Source: Felis catus (taxonomy: Eukaryota). Taken from it: a stretch of 64,000 bases of DNA. Below are positions 1-11,923 of the stretch, piece by piece. The stretch spans positions 218,490,001 through 218,554,000 of the forward strand of contig NC_058368.1 of assembly GCF_018350175.1 (NCBI RefSeq). Direction: 5' to 3'. Positions within the stretch are counted from its first letter, which is position 1, and every line of letters begins with the position of its first letter. Under the pieces are notes generated by a model. That model saw only the letters and a program-made list of their open reading frames with translations. It was not told the DNA's origin and searched no databases. The translations under genes and the position numbers were made by a program.

Positions 1-174
1 AGTGTTGTTATGCTATTAGGGTATGGTTTATCCTGTCTCCCAGACACTGTGAGCACCTTAAACATTTCTTTACTTCTCATAGACTATGTTACATCCTATG
101 TTAAAAGACCTATGTCTTTTCATCTTTCCTCAGCCTCCAGTTTTTTTTTTCTTAAAAAATCTTTTTTTCTTTTT

Positions 175-378
175 GGGTGCCAGGGTGGCTCAGCGGTTGA
201 GTGTCTGACTTTGGCTCAGGTCATGATGCCATTGCTCATGTGTTTGAGCTCCACATTGGGCTCTGTGCTGACAGCTCAGAGCCTGGAGCCTGCTTCAGAT
301 TGTCTCCATCTCTCTGTGCCTCCTTTGCTCATGCTTTCTCTTTCTCTCTGTCAAATATTAAATAAAACATTAAAAAAT
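175..378 (+). mobile_element. Can-SINE (SINEC_Fc-like)
   Basis: GGGTGCCAGGGTGGCTCAG head, GCTCAGGTCATGAT, CT-rich tract, A-rich tail. Confidence 0.93.
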
Positions 379-394
379 TATTTGTTTTTCTAAA

Positions 395-512
395 TAGAAG
401 GAGGAGAAGCAGAAGAAAGACAAAGAGAAGAACATGAAGGAAGTAGAGAAGAAGAAGGAGAATAAGGAATGAAGGACAAGTAAGGAAGGAAAGAGGGAAG
501 GAGGGAGGAAAA
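395..512. repeat. GA-rich low-complexity tract
   Basis: GAAG/GGAA/GAGAA purine run. Confidence 0.8.
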
Positions 513-954
513 ATATATAAAAACTTTCAACGGAATTGTAGGAACTAAATTTTCTGGATTTGAGAATTTTAGCTTTAAGTTCATGCTTTTCACAATGGAA
601 CAAAACCCAGTCACCTGTGTAACTATATTCAAGGATTAAGCTTTGAGTTAGGGTGGGCCCTAGGCATTTTTGTTCCTCTCCATTTCCCACATGTAATCAG
701 GCACCAGAAATGTAAATATCAACCCCATTGTAACTCCTTCTTGGAAAAAGAGACATCATCTAAAAACACTTAGCTTATTCTTTTCTTTAGGTTATTTCCA
801 AGGAAAACTCTCTATATTCTATAATCATTGATCTAGCTTACAGATTTGCATTTCTAAAATTATTTCCCTTTTAAAATCCCCCATAAGCTTTGATGAATTG
901 TGCAATAATTTGCAAACTCAGCACCCTAAGATTCCATTGAATATCTTTATTTTT

Positions 955-1154
955 CGTTTTTTAAAAATGTTTACTTATTTTTGAGAGAGAGAGAAAGAGA
1001 GAGAGAGAGGGACAGAGGCATTGAGAGGGGGACAGAGGATCCAAAGCAGCTCTTCACTGACAGGGTGAGGATGCGGGGCTCAAACTCACAAACCGTGAGA
1101 TCATGACCTGAGCAGAAGTCGGATTCTCAACCAACCAGTCCACCCAGGTGCCCC
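955..1154 (-). mobile_element. Can-SINE
   Basis: T-rich tail, (GA)n, ends CACCCAGGTGCCCC; degenerate TSD ATATCTT-TTTT. Confidence 0.93.
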
Positions 1155-1530
1155 ATATCTTCTTTTTCCTTGAGGATAGTCACTATTATTATTATTTTCT
1201 ACATCTACAATATTTCTTTATATAATTTGAATGATATGTATTCTCATAGGTTTTTATAATCTAATTGATTTAAGTTACCATAAACTTACTATTAATTTTT
1301 GTCATGTGGTTTCATATGTTGAAGCAATTACAGAAATTTCCCTCTATACCTTCCTCCTCTACCTCTCAAATCATGGACACTATGGTTTGTCACTTTAATT
1401 CATCATATGTGAAAAAAATATATATTACATATATTAAGGAAAAATTTTAAGTTTCCCCTTTTATTGTATTTAATGTTGGTTAAATAGTTGACAACTTTGA
1501 CACTCATCACCATTTCACCATTTGAAATAA

Positions 1531-1847
1531 TATGCCAAGCAAAATAAGTCAGAGAAAGACAAATATTATGATTTCACTCATATGTGGATTTTCAGAAACA
1601 AAACAAACAAGCATACGGGGTGGGGAAAATTGAGGCAAACCAAGAAACAGACTCTTAACTATGGAGAACAAATTGATGGTTGACGGAGTGGAGGTAGGTG
1701 GGGGCAGATGGGTTAAATAGGTGATGGGTATTAAAGAGTATACTTGTTGTGATGAACACCAGGTGTTGTATGGAATTACTGAAACCAATATTATACTATA
1801 TTTGAACTAACTGGAATTTATATAAAGACTTAACAAAAATTTTAAAA
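1531..1847 (+). mobile_element. Carnivore L1 3' end (5'-truncated)
   Basis: AAATAAGTCAGAGAAAGACAAATA...CACTCATATGTGG, G-rich 3'UTR, AACTAACTGGAATTTA terminus. Confidence 0.9.
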
Positions 1848-1862
1848 CAATATACAATAAAT

Positions 1863-2079
1863 GGGGCACCTGGGTGGCTCAGCCGGTTAAATATCTGACT
1901 CTTGATTTCAGCTCAGGTCATGATCTCATGGTTCATGAGATCGAGCCTCACATTGGGCTCTGCACTCACAGCATGGATCCTGCTTGGGATTCTCTCTCTC
2001 CCTCTCTTTCTGGTCCTCCCCTGCTTTTGCGTGTTCTCTCTTTCTCTCTCTAAAATAAATATTAAAATAAAATAAATAA
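1863..2079 (+). mobile_element. Can-SINE
   Basis: GGGGCACCTGGGTGGCTCAG head, CT tract, AAATA tail. Confidence 0.95.
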
Positions 2080-2133
2080 GTTTACATGTCTCTTTTAATA
2101 TTATATAGCAATGTATCTATCCATTTATCTATT

Positions 2134-2207
2134 TGCTATTAGTTGAATTTGGGCCCTCAAAAAAGATTATGTCAAAGTCCTAATCCCTAGTACCTCAGAA
2201 TGTGACT
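2134..2207 (+). mobile_element. MLT1 (ERVL-MaLR) LTR 5' fragment
   Basis: TGCTATTAGTTGAATT...GTCCTAATCCCTAGTACCTCAGAATGTGAC resembles the MLT1 LTR start. Confidence 0.75.
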
Positions 2208-2374
2208 TTTTTTTTAATGTTTATTTATTTTGAGAGAGAGAGTGAGTGCATGTGAGTGGTGGAGGGGCAGAGGGAGAGGGAGAAAGACAATCCCAAGCAG
2301 GCTCTGCACTGTCAGCACAGAGCCCAACACGGGACTCAATCCCACAAACCATGAGATCATGACCTGAGCTGAAG
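2208..2374 (-). mobile_element. Can-SINE lacking its 5' head
   Basis: Tail and body present; similarity stops after GACCTGAGCTGAAG. Confidence 0.9.
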
Positions 2375-2762
2375 CAACAAAAGTTGCTTGTTGTTACACT
2401 TGTTATACTTACTACATGTAAATTATTTCATGGACACATTCAGTTTTATCAATGATGTCCCATGTCAGGTGGTTAAATGGCCCACAAGGTTGGGTATATG
2501 TATGGGTTTCTAATTGTGTTGCTTTTGCTCTTGCTCAATCAGTTTTTACCCAAAATAGCATCTATTGGTTATGGGGGTACATCTGGTTTTCAACCTCAAT
2601 TCAAGTTGTTTCAGGACTAGACTTCATCAAAGGTCTTTGTGTGAAGTATATGGTGTCAGATACTCTCCCTTACCTCAACATAATTTTAGTTTGGGGACTT
2701 ATGTATGCTCTCTTGACCCTGAACTTTAATCAGAGCAATCTTGTTCTACAAAAGTACTTCTT

Positions 2763-2978
2763 TAAAACAAAAAGTTTATTTATTTTGAAAGAGAGAGAGA
2801 GAGAGAGCACACACATGAGCAAGGGAGGGGTGGAAATAGAGGAAGAGACAGAATCCCAAGCAGGCTCTGTGCTGTCAGTGTAGAGCCAGATGTGGGGCTT
2901 GATCTCATGAACCGTGAGATCATGATTTGAGCAGAAACCGAGTTGAATACTTAACTGACTGAGCCAAGCAGGTACCCC
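2763..2978 (-). mobile_element. Can-SINE with ~22-bp TSD
   Basis: Full body; flanks TTGTTCTACAAAAGTACTTCTT (2741-2762) and TTGTTCCACAACAGTACTTCTT (2980-3001). Confidence 0.93.
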
Positions 2979-3184
2979 ATTGTTCCACAACAGTACTTCT
3001 TAATCAAAATTCTGAGGCTCAGACATTGGAGAACTTGGCTCCTGTTCTCGGAAGAATCTAAAGTATAAGTTATTCCACATATCCCCCAGTTATTTGGTTT
3101 GGGTAATAAAGTGCCTAGAAACATTCGGTAGATCACACAAAGAAAATAAATTTTTTTACTTTCATATTCCAGAGCAATGAGTGT

Positions 3185-3683
3185 TGTGGGGTCAATGGGA
3201 GAAGGCCCCACTAAATGTACCACAATGGCATATTAATTATTTTGAATTGAAGCTACTTGGGAAATAGCCCATGGAAGGACACTCAGAGATAGGAAATGGA
3301 GAGCCAAAGAGGCTATATAAACAACCTTGTTACTTTTTTTTTTTTTTTTTTTACTAATCTACTGCCTCAGCCCAAATTCTGCGTAGCATCCCTAACTAAT
3401 TAACCCTCCCAGCCATCTGTTTTCTTTATCCTGTCAATTCATCACAAATTTATGGTCTCTTTGTCTAAAAAGTATAAAAACTGCCAGCCTTGGTCATTTG
3501 TTTGGGTCTCAATATCATTATTTGTTCTTATTATTGGCATTATTTGGCATTATTTGTGCACAAAATAAAACCGTTTTATATATATTTTTTTCTTTTCTCC
3601 TGTTAATCTGTCTCATGTAAATTTAATTCCTAGTCTAGCTGGAAGACTTTGAAAGGAAGAGGGAGAATTTTTCCTTCCCTATG
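3185..3683 (+). mobile_element. MER34-like ERV1 solo LTR
   Basis: TGTGGGG start, GGCATATTAATTATTTTGAATTGAAG, TATAAAAA, AATAAA, CTCCTGTTAATCTGTCT, end TTTTTCCTTCCCTA; matches recalled MER34-family layout. Confidence 0.72.
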
Positions 3684-4054
3684 TTACTCATCAGTGATTT
3701 GCAAAACTATTTATATGGATGCACACACATACATAAAGGCACACACACATGCACACATACCTGCATACAAGAGCTCAAACATATTGGGTTTTGAAAAGAA
3801 GATAATATGGCATTTATTGAAATGAAATGATCTAATTGGATGATATTTATAGAAGTAATCATGAAGTTAAATATTTCAAAAAATGTCAGTTCATGTAGAT
3901 GACATTTTCTCAAATCAAGTCTTGCACTCTCCAATACACTCCCAGGGAACATTCATTTTTCTCAGTGTGGCAACTCTGGAAAATATCATGTTAATACTGA
4001 CAGTATCAATTAAACAGAGTGATGTTGCTGTTGGAATATAAAATTAGGTAACAT

Positions 4055-4270
4055 GTAAAATAAATAAGTGATGGGGATGTAAGTATAGCATTGGGGATGC
4101 AGTAAATAATATTACAGTAACTTTGTATGACGACATATGGCAACTAGACTTATTGTGGTGATCATGTCCTAATGTACATAAATGTCAGATCTTTATGTGT
4201 ACATTTGAAACTAATATAATTATTGTATGCCAACTATACTTCAATTAAAAAAAGAAAAAATATAAAAATA
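4055..4270 (+). mobile_element. Old L1 (L1MA-type) 3' end
   Basis: ACTAGACTTATTGTGGTGATCAT...GAAACTAATATAA...CAACTATACTTCAATTAAAAAAA. Confidence 0.85.
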
Positions 4271-4852
4271 AAGTGTTGTAAAGGGAACATTTTTTAAAGA
4301 AATGTAACATGTATCCACCTTGTTGAATAAATCTCTGATTACTTATTAAGATTCTTTTTATATCTCTTAGTGGTAGTGTAGATGTTTTACAATAGTATGA
4401 TATATCTATAAATCTTCCAAGATAAAGTCCAGAAAAACCATATCTAGATTAAGAATGTCAGTATTCTAAGTAGAATTTAAATAAAAATTTAAATTAAAAA
4501 AATACAGTATTTTAAGAAAAATTAATGCTAACATAACAAATGATCCAAAATATATCTTTTGAAAGTAGAAATATTGCAGTTCACCACTTCCATGTAGTAA
4601 TTCAGCAAATAGAAATTAGTTTGATAAAACAAAGTACAGATTTCTCTCACTCCTGACATCAAATGTCCAGTTATAAAGAAGTTGTATTGGAGTGTGGATA
4701 AGAATATAAAAGTGTAATACTATAGCCTTCCTTATTTAAATTGTCACAATTCAATTATTTCTGAAAGTTCATGTTTATTCTGCCAATCTATTTCCTATCA
4801 TTCATAGACTGACCCACAGTGTGTGTTTTATCCACAAAATGGATCATTTATA

Positions 4853-4980
4853 GAGGCACCTGAGTGGCTCAGTAGGTTAATCCTCTGATTCTTGATTTCA
4901 GTTCAGTTCATGATCTCGCCACTTGTGAGTTCAAACCCTGCTCCAGGCTCTTTGTTGACAGTGCAGAACCTGCTTGGGAT

Positions 4981-5011
<31 letters not shown>

Positions 5012-5068
5012 GCTCCTCCCCTACTCACTCTCTCTCACTAAAATAAATAAATAAACTGTAAAAGGAAA
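4853..5068 (+). mobile_element. Can-SINE
   Basis: Head, (CT)n, A tail; degenerate TSD AAAATG...ATTTATA. Confidence 0.93.
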
Positions 5069-5320
5069 AAAATGAAATATTTATAAATATCTTAGTGGAC
5101 AAATATTAATGGATGAATCTTAATGAGTGAACATCAGAATCAAGTCTTAAAATCAAAGGAATTTGATGTGCATTTTGTGAATTTTTATTTTATTCTTAAT
5201 ATTGACTCAATATTTTTAAGCACTCCTTTAAGGATATACCACACTCAACATTGCTTAAAAGAAAAGAAAAGAAATAAAATAGCTCTGCATATCAAAGATG
5301 CTTCTATTTTTACGTTTCTT

Positions 5321-5536
5321 AAAAAAATTTTTATATTTATTTATTATTGAGAGACAGAGAGAGACAGAGCACAAGTGGGGGAGGGGCAGAGAGAGAAGGA
5401 GACACAGAATCTGAAGCAGCCTCCAGGCTCCGAGCTGACAGCACAGAGTCCAACGCTGGGCTCAAACTCACAAACCGTGAGATCATGACCTGAGCCCAAG
5501 TCGGAGGCTTAACCGACTGAGCCACCCAGGCACCCC
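5321..5536 (-). mobile_element. Can-SINE (SINEC_Fc-like)
   Basis: Full body; TSD TATTTTTAC. Confidence 0.95.
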
Positions 5537-6587
5537 TATTTTTACATGCTTCTGGTTAGATGATGATGCCCAATACTTAATACTTAAATGATGTCCAAAT
5601 AAACAGCATTATTTTTATGTTTTTTTTTCTTTTTAAATTTGGCTTATTATGAGGTACAGGTCAATTTATGTGTGCTTACTTTGCCTCACATATTCAACTA
5701 GGACACCTTAACATTGTTTTTTTAAAGTATGTGTTTACCTGAGCAATGAATAAAACAATACAGAAAACCAGTTGTTCTGGGAAATTCAAAACATCATTTT
5801 GATAATTGTCACCTGTCTTCTGTTTTTGTCATTTGAGCAGATGATAAAAGAGTATGCAGGCAAAAAATGCAGGGGAATAAGAAGATTATAGAAGCTTGTC
5901 AGAGAGTTTTAATTAATAGTTTTAATTCTGTTATTTTTCTGCATTTTTGTTTATGTTGCTTGGAAGCTTTAGAAATTTTATAATTAGAACAATCACTGTA
6001 TAAAAACAGTACTTATTCTCTAATTTTGTTTGTGTATTATATCACTTTCTTTAGAGTGGATTGAGATTTGGAAACCTGACTTTCTATTTTGGACACTGGC
6101 AAAGCTGTACCCTTGTGGAGAGCTGTGGTCATTATATTCTCCAATCTGAAGGCTCATGGCCCAGTTTTCCACTGCATGGCCAAACTTAAAGCATTGCCTT
6201 TCACTTCAACCTCTGTCTCTATTTTGCCTGTATTTGTTCTGCACACTGTTCATTGATCAGAATTTTTACCATTATTCCATGCATGGGGAAGTTCTATCAG
6301 ATGAGGATGCTAAGGAGCCAATGAGCTCTTTTTCATATGACGGAGTTTTTGATCTACGTTCAAAGTCTGTGCTTGTGGCACATAGTTTGTTCTATACCAA
6401 TTTCTAAATATATCAAAAAGCATTATTTCTGGGCTATATAAATTCTTCCTCCTCCTGTAAAGAGGGTTAACATATTATTTACGAATATATAATATCAGGG
6501 CATATCTTCCTGTATTAAGCTACTGAAATCTCTATTTATTTAGTTCAAACCTAATAATTTTATGCTTAAGGACCTTTGAAAAATAAC

Positions 6588-6787
6588 TTTCTTTTAACAT
6601 TTTATTTCATTTCTTGAGAGACAGAGCATGAGCAGGGTAGGGGCAGAGAGAGAAGGAGACACAGAATCTGAAGCGGGCTCCAGGCTCTGTCAGCCCAGAG
6701 TCTGACACAAGGCTCGAACACACGAACCATGAGATCACGACCTGAGCCAAAGTTGGACGCTTAACCGACTGAGCCACCCAGGCTCCC
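6588..6787 (-). mobile_element. Can-SINE (SINEC_Fc-like)
   Basis: Full body; TSD AGGACCTTTGAAAAATAA / AGGAGCTTTGAACAATAA. Confidence 0.95.
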
Positions 6788-8154
6788 TAGGAGCTTTGAA
6801 CAATAATATTAGATTGTGTGTGAGTTTGTATTTCTCTGCGAAGACAGTTAATAAAGATGATATTCCAAAGCCTTTAAATATATCTTGATGTGATTTTGCC
6901 CGTGGAAATAACTTCTATGGCTGTTGGATTAGTATTTTATGGTTTGCTTAGCTGACATCCTTATACACTGCTGTTATTTGATATTACATAATACCCTGGT
7001 TTGAGTAGTTTTGATCACTTCTATAGCAACTATCATAACTGTATATATGACAGTTTATGACATAATATTTGACCACTCTTATTTGACATTACTGAGCTAT
7101 CCCCTTCCCAAAAATAAGAGTTAAAATTATAACAATAAAGTATTAATCCATTTAGAATACTAACAACTCAAGGTCAATAAAAAAGTGATCATTCTTAATG
7201 ATTTTTCATAAGTCACCAGTGTTTCATTCATCGATATTTCATCTTTCTTCCCTTGAAAAAAGACTTCTGAGGGAGATAAGAATATGGTATCCATGGAGAG
7301 CTGTGTTATTAAAATTACTGATAAGTTTACTATTTACCTGACATCCTGAACAAAGCCACGTACACACTTGGCTAGGTAACAGTGGTCTCCTGCCGACTGA
7401 ATCAAGTTTCGAAGACTTCTTTTGCTGTGACAAAATTTTGACTTAAAAGAGTCTACAATTTAGGTTAAAAACTTCCGTGGAAGAAAGGATATGCTATCCT
7501 CAAGTCTATATTTTAAGGTTTGGAGACACTATATCAAGTATCCTTGACATCTGCGACACACTCAACTTAAAAGAGATGGAGTGTGTCACCGTTGGAAGAG
7601 TTGTGCATTTATCATTTTATTGACCATCCACACAAAAATACCGTGTGAAAGCTTGATTTCTAAATTCTGATTCACAATATGGTTCATATTGGGAATGTTT
7701 TCATTTTGATTTCTGAGCAATGGAATCTGCCAGTAGTAGAAAAAGGAAACAGTGTTTCCAAGAGCTCCTGAAACATCTAATGGGGAAGTGAGATGGTGGA
7801 CTCAGGAGGATGATGGAGATGCCCAGAAAGCTGCTCTAGACAGGTGAGTGAAAATTCCAGCCTGCCACACAATCTCACTTAAATCATTGAATAAATAGTG
7901 CAGGACTTCTTTTGTACTACTACAAAGAAAATGCACTGCCTTATGCTGCCTACCTTAAGCCAAAATGTAGGAACAACCTTCCACGCTCTCAGGATGCTCC
8001 CCTGGTGATGATGAATATAAGAAATCAACATTATAAAGTTTATATATCCACCAATGCTGCTTCATCTTCCACCCCATATTTATACTTAGGCTGTCATAAA
8101 CTATAGTTGAACTATATAAGTAAAAGCCCAAATACTCTGATTGGTCTCCCACAT

Positions 8155-8195
8155 TAAAAACAAAAACAAAAACAAAAACAAACAAACAAACAAAA
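8155..8195. repeat. (CAAAAA)n/(CAAA)n simple repeat
   Basis: Read directly. Confidence 0.9.
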
Positions 8196-8200
8196 GGCAT

Positions 8201-8397
8201 GGGCACCTGGGTAGCTGAGTCAGTTAAGTGTCTGACTCTTGGTTTCAGCTTGGGTCATGATCTCATGGTTGCTAAGATTGAGACTCCTGTCAGGCTCTGC
8301 ACAAGTAGCACATATTCTCGCTCTCTCCCTCTCTCTGTCCCTCCCCCACTCTTTCTCTCTCAAATAAATAAGTATTTAAAAATTAAAAAAATTAAAA
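8201..8397 (+). mobile_element. Can-SINE
   Basis: GGGCACCTGGGTAGCTGAG head, CT tract, A tail. Confidence 0.92.
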
Positions 8398-9939
8398 TAC
8401 ACAGCAAAAAACATGTTGATCAAAGTGCCTCAAATTATCTTTATCTGCCCATAAATCATTTTCAGAGTAATGGCAGAATAGCAATTATATCACATAATTT
8501 CTAACCTCAGATGTTGATTAAATAATTTATAGAACTCCTCCATGAATATCATTCCATTCCACACAACTCAAAATTGACTCTGATTCTCTGTACTTTCTGG
8601 CATTACTAATGCTCCCCTTGGTCAGGTAATGTGAGTTATGTTCCTCATAAGTAATGTTTGGTCAATATTTTTAATACTAAATCTACTAAAATTTCATTCT
8701 TTGGCACTGGTTTCATGATATGACCCTGTAGTCTGGAGATCTTCTCTACTTAGAAGATTTCTATGTCAGTCTATCCATATCTATATCACATTGCTTATAT
8801 CAAAAGCCAAGGACAATTAATTATTGACGTCTACTGAATTCAACTGTAATAGACATAATATCTGACATTGCAGGGTCTAATGACAATAGGGAATTAAGCA
8901 AATACTTAAATATAATATTTACAATTACATTTGTCGTAAAATTTGTGAAAAATTTTTTATAGAAATTAATAAAGGACTTAGTAAACAAAATGAAGGGGGA
9001 TCATTTTAACATAGTTTGTCAAAACAAAAACCCACAATGCATAATTTGTCACGAAAAGTCTCTCAAGAAGTGACTCAGTGCACCTATTCTAGCAGTAGAA
9101 TAAAATATATATTTTTCTAGTTTACATTTTACTTTTATTTGTGGTATCACCTTAAAGATCAAAAGTGTATATATGTTTATATGAATTAAATGCAATTATT
9201 AACATTATATTTCTGAAGCCTTTTGAAGTTTTATATTCAATGGTATCCTTCTCAAATTAATAGACTTCTATATGATTAAAATTCACAAAAGCTGTTTAAA
9301 AATGTGAGTGATTTCTTTCCAGTTAAAATGTTTTGACAGAGACAATTACTTGAACAGGAGAAATTTGATTCAGAAATAATTATCATTTCACATGAGCTAA
9401 AGAAATTCTATTGCTCTTGTCGTAGTTTCTAGAAAAGAAGTTGATCAACATACATAAATACTTCAAACACGAATGTTCTACAATAATTTATTTGACAACT
9501 ATAGCTGTTTCAATGACTTTTCCTAAGGTTTGTTATGTCTTTCTATAACAAAGTAGGTGTTTCTTTTCTCAGTAATATGGTATGGCTACCTATTTCACAG
9601 TCTAATGATACTCATTTTCACGATATAAACTCAATTTTCATGAAACAGGAATGACATGTTCTTGGAAAAGCTAAAGCATAGGGTTTAGCATAACTGTGAT
9701 CAAAACTGGATCTTTTGACGCACTGGGGCTAAAGTATAATTATACAATTAAAACAGTGGAAAGAAATAAAATGGTAACATTTTATATTATCAAGTGCTGT
9801 TTTCATTTGGCAGTATTCATTATATGTGATTTCAAACTTTCAAGTGTTTATTGCTCTAATTTGTTCTACAGATGTTCTCTTTAAAATATATTAGAGTGTT
9901 CGAAATTCAATGGATTTTGCATACCAGCAAAATAGTTTC

Positions 9940-10077
9940 ATTTTTTGATGAGTACATTTTAGAGATAGATAGTGGTCATAGTTGTACAACTATATAAATG
10001 TAGTTAATGCCACTCAACTGTACACTTGAAATGATTAAAACAATGAATTTTGTTGTGTGTATTTTAGCCCAATAAAA
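9940..10077 (+). mobile_element. L1M 3' terminal fragment
   Basis: GATAGTGGTCATAGTTGTACAAC...AATGCCACTCAACTGTACACTT...CAATAAAA. Confidence 0.8.
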
Positions 10078-10114
10078 TCAGCAACATTTTACTTACTGTG
10101 AAAACAAAAACAAG

Positions 10115-10305
10115 TAGCTCAATGTGAGCGTTAAAATGTGACCTCTCACATCAGATTAGCCAGGCTCAAATCCTTTCTTCACAATTGACTAGTTTAGTAA
10201 ATTTAGCCAGCTTCCTTAACCTTTCTGATCTCAATTTCCTTAACTGATGTGAGTTTTTATGTGAATATCTAATTCAAATACCAGCTGTGAGAATTAGATG
10301 ATAGA
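10115..10305 (+). mobile_element. MIR (degenerate)
   Basis: GGCTCAAATCC...CTTAACCTTTCTGATCTCAATTTCCT...GTGAGAATTAGATGA resembles the MIR core. Confidence 0.6.
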
Positions 10306-10464
10306 AAAGAGCTCTCAGTTTATAGTAAGGATTATGAGACAATTCAAAATCCTAAACTTTTGAACGTGATTTCTGTAATCCAGAATTTGTTAATAAATTC
10401 TATAATTTTATAACATGCTTTGCCATTTCTATTTACTGTTTCCAATAATTAAATTATCATTTCT

Positions 10465-10480
10465 TTTTTCTTAAGTTTGT

Positions 10481-10519
<39 letters not shown>

Positions 10520-10679
10520 GAGACATAGTGAGCAGGGAGGAGCAGAGACAGAAAGGGAGAGAGAATCCCAAATAGGTTCCACACTGTCAGCACAGAGTCC
10601 CACACTGGGTTTGAACTCATGAACCATGAGATCATGACCTGAGCTGAAACTAGTAACTGACTGAGTCACCCAGGCACCC
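10465..10679 (-). mobile_element. Can-SINE with (TTTA)n tail
   Basis: TSD TAAATTATCATTTCT / TAAGTTATCATTTCT. Confidence 0.94.
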
Positions 10680-11694
10680 ATAAGTTATCATTTCTGTGAG
10701 AATTAGAAACGACAGTAATATTTCAGTGATGTTCTTAGGATTACCTACTCCTTGCAGACACATTTGACAGTCATAGAATTACAGATGGTTCAAGATTATG
10801 GAAAGTCCATAAGTAAATGCTAATTTGCTTCAAAACCCTATAGAAATACACTGATATAAAACATTTAATATATCATAGCTCTAGGTACTAGATTATTAAG
10901 CAAGACGACTATATACACCAACAACAGAAGTCCTACAGTTACACGGAGGTGCATTCATGTATACTTTTATTCTAAGGTCTTCCCCAAAACATGTACAAGA
11001 CCGTTGTGGATTTTTTAATCTTTAATAGTCTTTAATATCTTTTTTATCTTAATATCTTTAGAATCTCACTGGAAGAATATGCTCTGAAATACTCATGTCT
11101 ATCAATTACAGCATCTGTGTTCTGAAGAATGTTCTGAAAAACAAGTGAATACTCAAAAGCCTTTTGAATGCTATGGTATTTTGTTTATGATCTATTGTAT
11201 TTTGTTTATAATATTTTGCTGATATAAGAAACATATAAACCAATCAATAATTAAGAAAAAAGACATACAATGTCAAGACAACCACTGTGAAAAATTGGAA
11301 AAAAATAATGCTAAGTATTAACTCATTTTACATGTATATATAAAGTATAAATTATTACAAGATATATATTACATATTATAAGATATGTAATAAACTATTA
11401 CAAGATATGTAATTTTCCCATATATAGTAGATTAGGAAGCAAAATAAAATGATTGTGATTTAAATAATGATTTGTGCCATTAGTTTAAATAATAAGTTAA
11501 TGAATACATTAACTTCTGCAAATAAATTTTCAGTATTGATGATGCACTATTTCTATGAATTATGATGATTTAATTCATACTAATGAAAATTACTGTTTGT
11601 AATTTGCTCTGCTTCTTTTTTTTCATATTTTGTGAAATTTCCTAGGTGTAGAATAATATTTAGTCTTTAAAACTCTGCATTTAACAAAATAAAT

Positions 11695-11923
11695 TTAATT
11701 TAATTTACTTTAATTTAATTTTATTTCAAGTGTTTATTTAAATTCCAGTGTTTTAACATACAGTGTAATATTAGTATCAGGTGTAGAATATAGTGATTCG
11801 TTACTTTTATACAACACACAGTGCTCTTCATACGTGCCCTCCTTAATACTCATCACTCATTTAGTGCATCCTCCTGCCCAGCTTACCTCCAGTAACTCTC
11901 AGTTTGTTCTCTACAGTTAAGAG
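11695..11923 (-). mobile_element. Carnivore L1 3'UTR, host part 1
   Basis: TTTATTTAAATTCCAG...TAGTGATTC...CTCAGTTTGTTCTCTACAGTTAAGAG; continues at 13483. Confidence 0.9.

Noticed and set aside
175..260. tRNA-like A/B box sequences
   Set aside because: Heads of tRNA-derived SINEs, not cloverleaf tRNA genes
10..393. Family of similar short ORFs (MAQSV...AQVMIS...SLEPASDSVSPSL) recurring across the window
   Set aside because: Translations of Can-SINE copies, not a gene family
2452..2883. 143-aa hydrophobic ORF
   Set aside because: C-terminal part is SINE; the rest has no recognisable homology or splice context, and hydrophobicity follows from T-rich DNA
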